NCBI GenBank assembly: GCA_965261665.1
Contig: OZ253467.1
Location: forward strand, 150,576-214,575
Direction of reading: 5' to 3'
DNA: 64,000 nucleotides
Source of the DNA: Dehalococcoidia bacterium
GTDB taxonomy: Bacteria; Chloroflexota; Dehalococcoidia; Lucifugimonadales; GCA-2712585
Position 1 is the first letter of the stretch; the number at the start of each line of letters is the position of its first letter. The notes below the pieces were generated by a model. That model did no database searches. It was not told the origin of the DNA and saw only the letters and a list, made by a program, of their open reading frames with translations. Below are positions 1 to 8,497 of this stretch, in pieces. The position numbers and the translations under genes were made by a program.

Positions 1-1
1 C

Positions 2-586
2 AAAGAAGGCGTACTTACGCTTTCTGGAACGGTGAAGGACGGCACCGTTTTTCTCGGAAGCACGGACCTGAGCGTGGGCATTTTCTACGACCCACCTCCG
101 CACTCGCTCACTAGAGGACAGATCGCCAGGACCTATTGCTATGACTACGGGCGACCGGTGGCCTATCTGGAGCCACCTTTGACTGGAAACTCTTACTACT
201 CGGATGACGAGTTCACCGACACATACATTCCATGCCCTAATCCCTATGACGTGCCGACAGACTCGCCGCCACCACGATCACCCGGAGAAGCCGACGACCT
301 TTGGCAGGCGGCATATGAGGCAAGCCTCGACAGTGCAGAGATTACTACCATAGGCCAGTGGGTCACAGCCTCTGACTGGTACGCCAAGGACTCATCTTTC
401 TCGGTGAAGACCGACCTGAGCGACGTTCTCGCGGACCACGGACCGGGCGTATACACAATCATCGTATGGGCTTGGCAACCGGACGCAGATACAAGCGTCA
501 TCATATCGGAATACTCCATATTCCACGGTATCACACCTCCCGATGCTTACACCTCAGAGGAACCATCTACGGCTACATCCGCGTAG
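2..586 (+). CDS. 3' part of a hypothetical acidic, probably exported protein; truncated by the window start
   Basis: The frame is open from base 2 (KEGVLTLSGTVKDG...) to TAG at 586, with coding-like codon use. No catalytic motif recognised. Confidence 0.7.
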   Translation, partial: KEGVLTLSGTVKDGTVFLGSTDLSVGIFYDPPPHSLTRGQIARTYCYDYGRPVAYLEPPLTGNSYYSDDEFTDTYIPCPNPYDVPTDSPPPRSPGEADDLWQAAYEASLDSAEITTIGQWVTASDWYAKDSSFSVKTDLSDVLADHGPGVYTIIVWAWQPDADTSVIISEYSIFHGITPPDAYTSEEPSTATSA

Positions 587-725
587 GTCTCCACGTCAAC
601 ATCGATCCCGAAGCGAAGATGTCACCCGCAGAGGCGTACGCGCGGGTCTCGCCAACCACCTTCCACCTATTACCCTCAACCTTTACCCGTATAATCGAAC
701 CACCCCCCCAAAGGAGGCCCTCCCT

Positions 726-2303
726 ATGCCTAACATAACTCCCGAAAAACGCCACGCCCTCCAATGGGTTGACCAAAACCAAAAAACCCTTTCCGACTTC
801 CACCGGCAGATCTGGGACTACGCCGAACCCGCCTGGAGGGAATACCGTTCCGCCCAGGCCTTCTGCGACCTGCTGGAGGCCCACGGCTTCCAGGTCGAAC
901 GCGGCTCCGGCGAAATGCCCACTGCCTTCGTCGCCACCTACGGCGACGGCGGCCCCGTGCTGGGCACCTACGCCGAGTACGACGCCGTGCCCGGAAACTC
1001 CCAGCAGCCCCTACCCTACCAAGCGCCGCGAGAGGGCCTTCACCCCTGGGCGGCAGGCCACACGGATCCCCACTCCTCCCTCGGCGTAGCAGCCCTCGCC
1101 GGCATCCTGGGGGCCAAGGCAACCATGGAGCGCCACAACCTCAAAGGAACCCTCGCCATCTTCGGCGAACCTGCGGAAAAAGTCTGCGGCTCCAAGCCCG
1201 TCCATGCCGCCAAGGGCTACTACGACGGCTTCGACGCTTTCGTCTCCTACCATCCCCACGCCACCAACACAACCATCTGGGATACCCACTGCGGCTCCTA
1301 CTGGAGCGCCGTCTTCACCTTCGAATGCCACAGCCCGGAGACCTGGGTCGACCCTGATCTGCTGTCTGGCCCTAACCATCCCCATTCCGCGCCCCGTTGC
1401 CCCGGCGCCGTCGACGCCCTCTGCCTCATGTACACCAACACCAAGTACACCAAGGAGGCCATGTACCCCCACACGGGCACCTGGACCCTCAACGAGTTCA
1501 TCATGGCCGGCGGCCAGTGCACCTCCGATAACCTGCCACCCCGATTCAGCCAAATCCAGTACGCATGGCGCTCCCCCACCCTGGAGATTCAGCAGCGCAT
1601 CTTCCAGGTTCTGGAAAGCAACGCCCGCCACGCTGCCGAGGTCACCGGTTGCGACGTGTCAATCCGATGGGTTACGAAGACTCGCGTGGGACTGCCCAAC
1701 CACGCCATGGCCCAGCTGACCTACGACAACCTCGCCCTCGTGGGCCCACCTGTCCTCGACGAAGATGCCCGCGCCTTCGGACGCGCCGTCCAGCAAAACC
1801 TGGAACTCGAGCCTATGGACGACCCCTTTACCGACGAATGCCAGCAGCTCATTTCTCCCGCCGACTTCGAAGAACAGGTGAGGCAGCAGCTTCCCCCGTG
1901 GCAGGCCAACTACACCTCCGACGATTACGTGGACTACACCTGGCACGCCCCCACGGTGCGCCTCCACACCAGCCGCCCCGCCCTGAAGCCTCCCCGACCC
2001 GGCTATCTCTACCCGGCTTGGGTGCGAAACGCCCTCGGCGGTGTGTCAAGCTGCATCGACCCGGGCATGTTCGTCGCCGCCAAGACCATCGCCGCAACCC
2101 TAGTAGACCTGCTAACCCAACCCGACTTATTGGCCGAGGCTCAGAAAGAATTCCGACAACGAACGGGAGGCGGCGTCGGAGGCGAACGATGGACGGCTCC
2201 CCTCCTTCCCAAGGACTTCCCCCCACCTGTGGACCTCCGCTGGCCCGAATACATCGAGACGCCCCGCGGCCGCGAATGGTGGCTCCCCACACCCCTCACC
2301 TAA
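726..2303 (+). CDS. M20-family amidohydrolase (AbgB-like)
   Basis: AAGGAGG precedes ATG at 726. Motifs: IWDYAEPAWREY, YAEYDAVPG, GHTDPH, GEPAEK, YHPH and a C-terminal AAKTIAA helix. Confidence 0.85.
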   Translation: MPNITPEKRHALQWVDQNQKTLSDFHRQIWDYAEPAWREYRSAQAFCDLLEAHGFQVERGSGEMPTAFVATYGDGGPVLGTYAEYDAVPGNSQQPLPYQAPREGLHPWAAGHTDPHSSLGVAALAGILGAKATMERHNLKGTLAIFGEPAEKVCGSKPVHAAKGYYDGFDAFVSYHPHATNTTIWDTHCGSYWSAVFTFECHSPETWVDPDLLSGPNHPHSAPRCPGAVDALCLMYTNTKYTKEAMYPHTGTWTLNEFIMAGGQCTSDNLPPRFSQIQYAWRSPTLEIQQRIFQVLESNARHAAEVTGCDVSIRWVTKTRVGLPNHAMAQLTYDNLALVGPPVLDEDARAFGRAVQQNLELEPMDDPFTDECQQLISPADFEEQVRQQLPPWQANYTSDDYVDYTWHAPTVRLHTSRPALKPPRPGYLYPAWVRNALGGVSSCIDPGMFVAAKTIAATLVDLLTQPDLLAEAQKEFRQRTGGGVGGERWTAPLLPKDFPPPVDLRWPEYIETPRGREWWLPTPLT

Positions 2304-2332
2304 TTCCGTAAGGGGCGGTTCCCGAAACGCCC
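2252..2332 (+). repeat. Direct repeat copy 1 (amidohydrolase 3' end plus GTAG-type palindrome); copy 2 is at 3554-3634
   Basis: catcgagacgccccgcggccgcgaatggtggctccccac... recurs as catcgagactccccgtggccgcgaatggtggctccccac... at 3554. Confidence 0.9.
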
Positions 2333-2433
2333 ACCCATTATCCGGGTTACCATCCCAACGCACTCCCCTAAATCGGCAGAGCCTACCAGTAGATACTGAA
2401 GACCGTCGCCCTCGCGGCGGCAAGGAGAATAGA

Positions 2434-3552
2434 ATGCTTAATAGAGACCGTTTGCAGCAAGCACAGGCGCGCATGAGGGACCGGGGCATCGACGCTTACC
2501 TGATATTGACCCACGACGATTATATCTACTTCTTCGGCGAAGACCGCTTTCAGCCCCGCGCCGTCATTCCCGCCGCCGGGCCGCCCATAGTCGTCACTTT
2601 CCAAGGCGAAGAGGCCGAGGTTAGAGAGTCCATTGGCGTGGACGACGTGAAGATTTTCGGCACCGTCGGACAGCAGATAAAGGACGTGGTGGGAACAATG
2701 CGGGGCATGGCCGGAGGCAAGGAGTCCATGACTGTGGGTGTACAGATGTGGTTCAACACGCCCGCCTTCCTCCTCAACCTTTTCCAGCGCGCCAACCCCA
2801 AGATCAAGGTGGTGGACATTGCCCCGGTGATGGACGAGCTGCGGTTGGTTAAGGATGCCGACGAAGTTCGGCTAATGCGGGAAGCGGCCCGCATCGCCGC
2901 CGTCGGCATGAAGACCGCCGCCGCATGGCTAAGACCCGGCATTTCAGAAAACGAAGTGGGAGCGGAGATAGAGTACGCCATGCGGAAGGCCGACGGGCAG
3001 GGCGTGGCCACTCCCGTTTTCGTCAACTCCGGCATTCGCTCGGGCTGGCTCCATGGCACTGCGTCCGACAAGCAGGTGGAGGCCGGAGATCTGGTGGTAG
3101 TCGACGTGGTCCCACGTTTTCAGGGCTATTGCGCCAACCTGACACGAACTTTCGTCGTTGGCTCAGCATCCGCCAAACAGCAAGAACTCTTCGACGTGTA
3201 CCGTCGAGCACAAGCGTCGGGCGTTGCCGCCGTCAAGCCAGATGCAAAGAACGGAGACGTCGACGCGGCGGCCCGAAAGGTCTTCGTCGGCGCCGGCTTT
3301 GGCGACTTCTACATCCCTGGCATCAGCCACAGCATCGGATTGGATTTCGAGGAAATGCCGCGTCCCACCATCCATCCCGCCGACTTCAGCTTCAAGCTGC
3401 GCGACGGTATGACCCTTACCGTCGGCCTTTCCGTCCTTTCCGTCCCCGGAGTCGGCGGCGTCCGACTGGAAGACACCTTCCACCTCAAGGATGGCCACCC
3501 CCAATTACTGACGGCCTGCGACTTGCCGTTTGAGCTTCCTATCCGTAGTTAG
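2434..3552 (+). CDS. M24 (Xaa-Pro peptidase/creatinase fold) protein with non-canonical metal ligands
   Basis: Creatinase-like N-domain, then LRLVKDADE, PGISENEV, HGTASDK, GYCANLTRT, HSIGL and GGVRLEDT. AAGGAG SD present. Confidence 0.88.
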   Translation: MLNRDRLQQAQARMRDRGIDAYLILTHDDYIYFFGEDRFQPRAVIPAAGPPIVVTFQGEEAEVRESIGVDDVKIFGTVGQQIKDVVGTMRGMAGGKESMTVGVQMWFNTPAFLLNLFQRANPKIKVVDIAPVMDELRLVKDADEVRLMREAARIAAVGMKTAAAWLRPGISENEVGAEIEYAMRKADGQGVATPVFVNSGIRSGWLHGTASDKQVEAGDLVVVDVVPRFQGYCANLTRTFVVGSASAKQQELFDVYRRAQASGVAAVKPDAKNGDVDAAARKVFVGAGFGDFYIPGISHSIGLDFEEMPRPTIHPADFSFKLRDGMTLTVGLSVLSVPGVGGVRLEDTFHLKDGHPQLLTACDLPFELPIRS

Positions 3553-3553
3553 G

Positions 3554-3634
3554 CATCGAGACTCCCCGTGGCCGCGAATGGTGGCTCCCCACCCCCATAT
3601 ACTTGATTCCGTAGGGGCGGTTCGCGAACCGCCC
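3554..3634 (+). repeat. Direct repeat copy 2: orphan amidohydrolase 3' end (IETPRGREWWLPTP) plus GTAG palindrome
   Basis: Starts 1 nt after the M24 stop codon and matches 2252-2332. Confidence 0.9.
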
Positions 3635-3768
3635 GTCCGTCTCACTCTGCGCAGCCTCGATCCTTTGCGGCGCAAGTTGCCGTTGCCGCAAAGCCTCTGC
3701 AGTTATAGAATATCTGTAACGTTGAAGTGTCGTAAGGACGCAATTCAAGGAAAGAAGGCACAGTCGTC

Positions 3769-4377
3769 ATGACCACTGCCACTGTCGCGCTCACGTTAAC
3801 CCCGACGCGCCACCGCTTCACTGTGGCCGAATATTACGCTTTGGCCGACGCTGGCATTCTAGCCGAAAACGACCGCGTCGAACTGCTGGACGGAGACATC
3901 ATCCATATGCCACCCATTGGAGACTGGCACCAAGCCAGCGTTGACCAATTCAACCACCTGATGCTTCCACCGTTGCAGGGACGGGCAATCGTGCGCGTCC
4001 AGGGACCGACGCACCTGAACGACATCAGTGAACCCCAACCCGACGTTTTGCTGCTCCGGTGGCGCGATGACTTCTACAGGGAAGGACACCCTGGCCCAAC
4101 ACACATCCTGCTCCTCATAGAGATCTCCGACACCTCCGTAGACTATGACCGCAACACCAAACTCTCCGCCTACGCCCGCGCCGGTATCCCGGAGGTGTGG
4201 ATAGTTAGCCGGCAGGACCGGCGCATCGAAGCCTATACCAGTCCTTCAGGGGGAGCATACTCGAACGTTATACACGCCAGCCCAACCGAGACCATCGCAC
4301 CACAGGCATTCCCTGACGTCACCCTGGAAGTTGGCCAATTCTTCACCCAACCCAAGCCCAAAACCACCAGCGACTAG
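3769..4377 (+). CDS. Uma2 (DUF820) family endonuclease-fold protein
   Basis: RFTVAEYY, RVELLDG, SEPQPD, LLIEISDTS, K..YARAGIPEVWIV. Confidence 0.9.
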   Translation: MTTATVALTLTPTRHRFTVAEYYALADAGILAENDRVELLDGDIIHMPPIGDWHQASVDQFNHLMLPPLQGRAIVRVQGPTHLNDISEPQPDVLLLRWRDDFYREGHPGPTHILLLIEISDTSVDYDRNTKLSAYARAGIPEVWIVSRQDRRIEAYTSPSGGAYSNVIHASPTETIAPQAFPDVTLEVGQFFTQPKPKTTSD

Positions 4378-5817
4378 CTAGTCCCCACCGTCACCCGGCC
4401 CAAATCCCGGCGGTCTCCGCTTGTGCCACGGCGTCGCCTGCTCATATATGTGCCCCGCCCGCAGCACCGTCCCGTCATCAAAGGGCCGCCCGATAATCTG
4501 CAGGCCCATCGGCAACCCCGCCTCCGTGAACCCGCAGTTCACCGATAGCGCCGGGCATCCGGCAAGGCTGGCCGGGTGGGTGAAGCTGCGCCGCCCAAAG
4601 AAGTTCACCTTCATATCCTCCCGGCTTGCCAGGCCCGACGGCGGCGGCACCGTGGGAGCCACGGAAGGCGACGTCGGGTACACCATCAGGTCCACAGAAT
4701 CAAAGGCCGCCAGCATCTGGTCTCGCCAATAGGACCGAAGTTGATTGGCCTTGTAGTAAGTCTGCGCCGGTATCAGGTTCGCCATCAGCAGCGTCAACCG
4801 CAGCTCGTGCTGATACTCGTCCAGCCGTTCGCGCACCCACCGATGATGTATAGCCGCCGCTTCTACCAGCTCGCCCACCAGCGAGAAGGCCGCCGTCTGC
4901 GGAATCATGGGCAGGGATATCTCCGACACTTCAGCCCCCTGCTCCCGCAGCACGTCTATCGCCTCCAACACTGCCTCGCGGACTTCCGGCAAAACATCAT
5001 CCGTGTGTACCCGTTCCACCACCACGCCTACCTTCAACCCTCGAATATCCCCCTCCAGAGCCGCCGTATAGTCGGGCACGGAGTCTTGGGTAGTGTACCT
5101 GTCCTTCCGGTCGTGTCCGGCTATTGCCTGAAGCGTGATGGCGCAGTCGGCCACTGTGCGCGAGATGGGCCCAATCACGTCCTTGGACCAACAAGCCCCC
5201 AGAAGCCCGTATCGACTCACCAGTCCGTAGGTGCTGCGAAAGCCCGCCAGACCGCACGCGGCCGCCGGACCGCGGACGGAACCGCCCGTGTCTTCGCCCA
5301 ACGAAGTGGCGCACATAAAGGCAGCAGTAGCCGACGCCGACCCCCCGCTCGAAGAACCGGCGAAATGGCCCAGGTTCCACGGGTTGTACATCATCCCGTG
5401 GGGATAATAATGATTGGTCGTGATGGCAAACTCCGTCAGGTTCGTCTTCCCGATGATGACGGCCCCCGACTCTTTCAACCGCGTCACCACCGTCGCGTCT
5501 TCTTCGGGAATGTAGTCCCGCAGCATGTTGGATCCGGCGGTAGTGAGAATTCCCTTCGTCAGAAACTGGTCCTTAATAGCCACCGGCACACCGTGCATGG
5601 GGCCAAGATATCCGCCCGATGCAATGGCCGTCTCCGCTTCCTGCGCCGCCGTGATGGCCTCGTCAGCCATGACGGTAATATAGGAATTTAGTTTGGGGTT
5701 CAACGCCTCAATGCGCTCCAGATACGCCTCCGTAACCTCCACCGGCGAAACGTCCCGGTTGCGAATCTGCTCCGAAATCTCCGTAGCCGTGAGAAAGGGA
5801 ATCTCTGACTTGTTCAT
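4378..5817 (-). CDS. Amidase-signature family protein (GatA-like)
   Basis: GVPVAIKD (catalytic Lys), GKTNLTEF, GSSSGGS, GEDTGGSVRGPA (nucleophile Ser), GLPMGLQIIG. Confidence 0.92.
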   Translation of the reverse strand: MNKSEIPFLTATEISEQIRNRDVSPVEVTEAYLERIEALNPKLNSYITVMADEAITAAQEAETAIASGGYLGPMHGVPVAIKDQFLTKGILTTAGSNMLRDYIPEEDATVVTRLKESGAVIIGKTNLTEFAITTNHYYPHGMMYNPWNLGHFAGSSSGGSASATAAFMCATSLGEDTGGSVRGPAAACGLAGFRSTYGLVSRYGLLGACWSKDVIGPISRTVADCAITLQAIAGHDRKDRYTTQDSVPDYTAALEGDIRGLKVGVVVERVHTDDVLPEVREAVLEAIDVLREQGAEVSEISLPMIPQTAAFSLVGELVEAAAIHHRWVRERLDEYQHELRLTLLMANLIPAQTYYKANQLRSYWRDQMLAAFDSVDLMVYPTSPSVAPTVPPPSGLASREDMKVNFFGRRSFTHPASLAGCPALSVNCGFTEAGLPMGLQIIGRPFDDGTVLRAGHIYEQATPWHKRRPPGFGPGDGGD

Positions 5818-5920
5818 CTATCGCCTCTTGCAGAATTGACGCCTTGCACCAAACAAAGGCAAGTTCATCTAGCCCACTATCTTAACAACATTGCCACCCC
5901 CCGTCATTCCTAACCCTCTT

Positions 5921-6128
5921 GTCCTCGCGGATGCGGGGACCCATCCCCGTCCCCCCTCCCTTCCCCCTCTCCCCACATGTCATCCTGAGCGCAGCCGAAG
6001 GATCTCGCCCCCATTCCATGCCCAACTCCCCCTCCCCTCTTCACCCTTTCCCCATCGATGGAGAAAGGGTGAAGAGGGGTGACCCCCGCGCCCGACAACA
6101 TTCCCTCGTAGGGGCGACGGATGCGCCA
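5921..6128 (+). repeat. Mosaic cluster of short palindromic repeats
   Basis: Family B gtcctcgcggatgcggggacccat (5921-5944); family C tgtcatcctgagcgcagccgaaggatctc (5978-6006); family D cccctcttcaccctt...aagggtgaagagggg (~6034-6081); family A gtaggggcg (6108). Confidence 0.85.
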
Positions 6129-6289
6129 TTTCCGAGAGCTGGTCTGGCTGATATAACCCCCTGTGACCAACGGTCAGGAGGGTCTCCTTTCCACCCCCGC
6201 TTTTGTGATAGCAGCGTCACAAGCGAGGGGTGGTCTATTTTTGCGAAGGGAGGTATGAACGTGGAGGCGTGGAAGGAGGTGAACGGGCA

Positions 6290-6903
6290 ATGAAAAAGCT
6301 GTTGCTATTTGTGTTGGTTCTGCTGGCGTTAATGGCGGCGGCGGCGTTCCTGGTGGTGACGTGGCTCAGGGCGGAGGATGCAGAGGACCGGGCGGATCGT
6401 GCGGAGAGGCAGACGGCGCGCTCCAGGTGGAGGAGCTGAGGAAGTCTGAAGAGGCGCGGGGTGTGTCTCAGGTGGAGGCAAACAGGTTGGGCCAAGAGTT
6501 GAGTAACTCTCGGGGGGTGGAGAGCAGGTTGCGCCAGGCGTTGGTGAATGAGGAGGCGAGGGCAGGCAGGTTGCGCCAGGATTTGAGAGCAGCGCAGGCC
6601 GAGGTGGACCGGCTGCGGTCGCAGGTGGGCCGGTCTGGGGCTAACGAGAGTCAGCTTAGGGCAGCGCAGGCGGAGGTGAATCGGCTGCGGTCTGAGTTAC
6701 GAAGGGCCCAGCAGTCGAGCACGTCCGAATCTGGCCTAGTGCGGGAGTTGGTTCAATCAATCGGATGCGGCGCCGGTGGGGGTGCTTCATTGCTTATTAG
6801 GGCGTTGGGTTTTGCGGCGTCGGTGTGGGTGGGATTAGCGCCGGAGTGGCTTTGGAGCTGGTTGCTTGGTGGGATCTGCGATTGGTTGGTTTCGTATCTC
6901 TAG
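6290..6903 (+). pseudogene. Frameshifted membrane-anchored coiled-coil protein (about 204 aa if repaired)
   Basis: AAGGAGGT SD and ATG at 6290 give MKKLLLFVLVLL... (signal or TM) stopping at 6439. The -1 frame continues LQVEELRK... as a coiled coil to TAG at 6903. One base appears to be missing near 6415-6421. Confidence 0.65.
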
Positions 6904-7024
6904 CCGAGGGTGTTGATGCAGACTAGGTCCTCAGTGACCTGGACCTCGCCGATGTCGTTTAAGGCAAGCATGTTGCCGGTGTCGGACCCTGGATTGCGGT
7001 AAAGGGCGCGACCCACACCCCTTC

Positions 7025-7312
7025 CCCTCTTCACCCTTCCCCCTACGATGGAGGAAGGTTTGGATGGGGGTGACTTCCCCAACCCTCGCATTCCCCTGAC
7101 TTGGACGCCCTCCGCAATTTTATCCTGAGCGCAGCGAAGTGGAGCCAGAGGGATCTAACCCCATCCCTTGTCCTCGCGCATGCGGGGACCCATCTTCCTC
7201 CCCTCCCTCTCCGTTGTGACATTCCCCCGTTGCTGAAACTCCCCCTCCCCTGCTACCCTCCATCCATGAACGACCCCCTCCCTTCCGTGTCCTCGCGAAT
7301 GCGGGGACCCAT
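7025..7312 (+). repeat. Mosaic cluster of short palindromic repeats
   Basis: Family D at 7025-7072, family C at ~7120-7156, family B at 7170-7193 and 7289-7312. Confidence 0.85.
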
Positions 7313-7351
7313 CCCATCCCCCACGCAGAGCCTGCCCCGTGAAGGCGTGTG

Positions 7352-7490
7352 CCCAAATCCACCATTCGTCCCCCAACCTTTTTCGAAACGAATCCCACGC
7401 CTGAAACGATTGCTCTCAGGCACGGACTCGATTTCGCTAACGAATCAAGACCACGCCTGGAAACCCGAAAACGAATATATCAGTCCCCCA
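7352..7490 (+). repeat. ~135-bp structured element; homolog at 39212-39350
   Basis: Shared order of motifs: aacctttttcgaaacgaatc-cacgcctgaaacga-ctcaggcacg-gactcg-aacga-cacgcct-aaaacga. Confidence 0.75.
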
Positions 7491-7501
7491 GGAGCAGAAA
7501 A

Positions 7502-8266
7502 ATGAATGAAGATCACCGGCTGGACGGCCAGACCGCCATCGTCACTGGAGCCGCCCAGGGTATCGGCCAGGGCATCGCGCTCGTTCTCAGCGAGGCTGGC
7601 GCCAACATCGTCATCGGCGACATTCAGGACGCCTCCGACACCGTGCGCCAGATCGAGCAGAAGGGCGGCCACGCCGTCGCAATGGTCATGGACACCAGCC
7701 GCCCGTCCGACGCCGAGGCCCTGGTAGAATTAGCTCTGCAGAAGTTCGGTTCCCTGGACGTACTAGTCAACAACGCCGGCATCGACGCTCCCCGGGGTAC
7801 CATCTGGGGCCTCACCGACGAAGAGTGGCAGCGTACCATCGACGTCAATCTCAGCGGAGTCTTCTACTGCACCCGCGCCGCCCTCAAGCCCATGCTGGCG
7901 GCGGGCAGCGGCTGTATCGTCAACATCAGTTCCCAGGCCGCCCGCGCAGCCGGCGACCCCAACGGCTCCCCCGCATATAATGCCAGCAAGGCCGGCCTCA
8001 TCGGACTAACTATCGCCTCGTCGGCCCAAGTCGCCGCTAAAGGCGTGCGCGTCAACGCCATCATGCCCGCCCTCGTGGAATCAAGAGACTTCGGTTGGTC
8101 TGCGGAGGAGCGCGCCGCCCAGATAAAGCCCTACCCCCTCGGCATCGGTGCCCCCAGAGACATCGGCCAAGCCGTTCTCTACCTGGTCAGCCCGGCCTCT
8201 CGATGGGTAACGGGCACGGCCCTACACGTCACCGGCGGCTACGAAAGAAGCGGCCCCTGGTTCTAG
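7502..8266 (+). CDS. SDR family NAD(P)-dependent oxidoreductase
   Basis: TGAAQGIG, VNNAG, NISS and YNASK (YxxxK). GGAG SD before ATG at 7502. Confidence 0.93.
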   Translation: MNEDHRLDGQTAIVTGAAQGIGQGIALVLSEAGANIVIGDIQDASDTVRQIEQKGGHAVAMVMDTSRPSDAEALVELALQKFGSLDVLVNNAGIDAPRGTIWGLTDEEWQRTIDVNLSGVFYCTRAALKPMLAAGSGCIVNISSQAARAAGDPNGSPAYNASKAGLIGLTIASSAQVAAKGVRVNAIMPALVESRDFGWSAEERAAQIKPYPLGIGAPRDIGQAVLYLVSPASRWVTGTALHVTGGYERSGPWF

Positions 8267-8308
8267 CTTGGAGAAACCCTACCCAGGATTCTCAGCCCCC
8301 CCACCGTT

Positions 8309-8455
8309 GTTCCCGCCTCTGGAGACCTTTGCATAACCGTCATTCCGGCAAAAGCCGGAATCCAGAATCCCATGATTTAGCTATGTCAAGAGTCGTTCTA
8401 CCCCGCCATTTGAATGCGATTCGATAGTTATGCAAAGGTCTCCAGAGGCGGGAAC
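8309..8455. mobile_element. MITE-like element with 29-bp perfect inverted repeats (inner core GAGACCTTTGCATAAC, IS5-family-like end)
   Basis: 8309-8337 (gttcccgcctctggagacctttgcataac) is the exact reverse complement of 8427-8455. The interior is non-coding and holds a gtcattccggc...ccggaatccag palindrome. Confidence 0.75.
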
Positions 8456-8497
8456 CCATCCTCCATCCTAGCGCTCCCGGCCCCCACCAGTTCCCCT

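Noticed and set aside
4576-5691. Long antisense or alternate-frame ORFs (e.g. 4576-5691, 8942-9886, 14546-15496, 28494-29549, 56723-57703, 62553-63410)
   Set aside because: They are shadows of well-supported genes in high-GC DNA and contain no motifs.
4378-5817. Calling the amidase gatA
   Set aside because: No gatC or gatB is adjacent and the C-terminal motifs look like a generic amidase, so no symbol was given.
5891-7505. Short ORFs over the repeat mosaics (5891-6293, 7101-7505, similarly 40933-41557), and the 7349 extension of the SDR
   Set aside because: They translate palindromic repeats into Pro/Gly-rich sequence and lack SD sites. The SDR start at 7502 has an SD.
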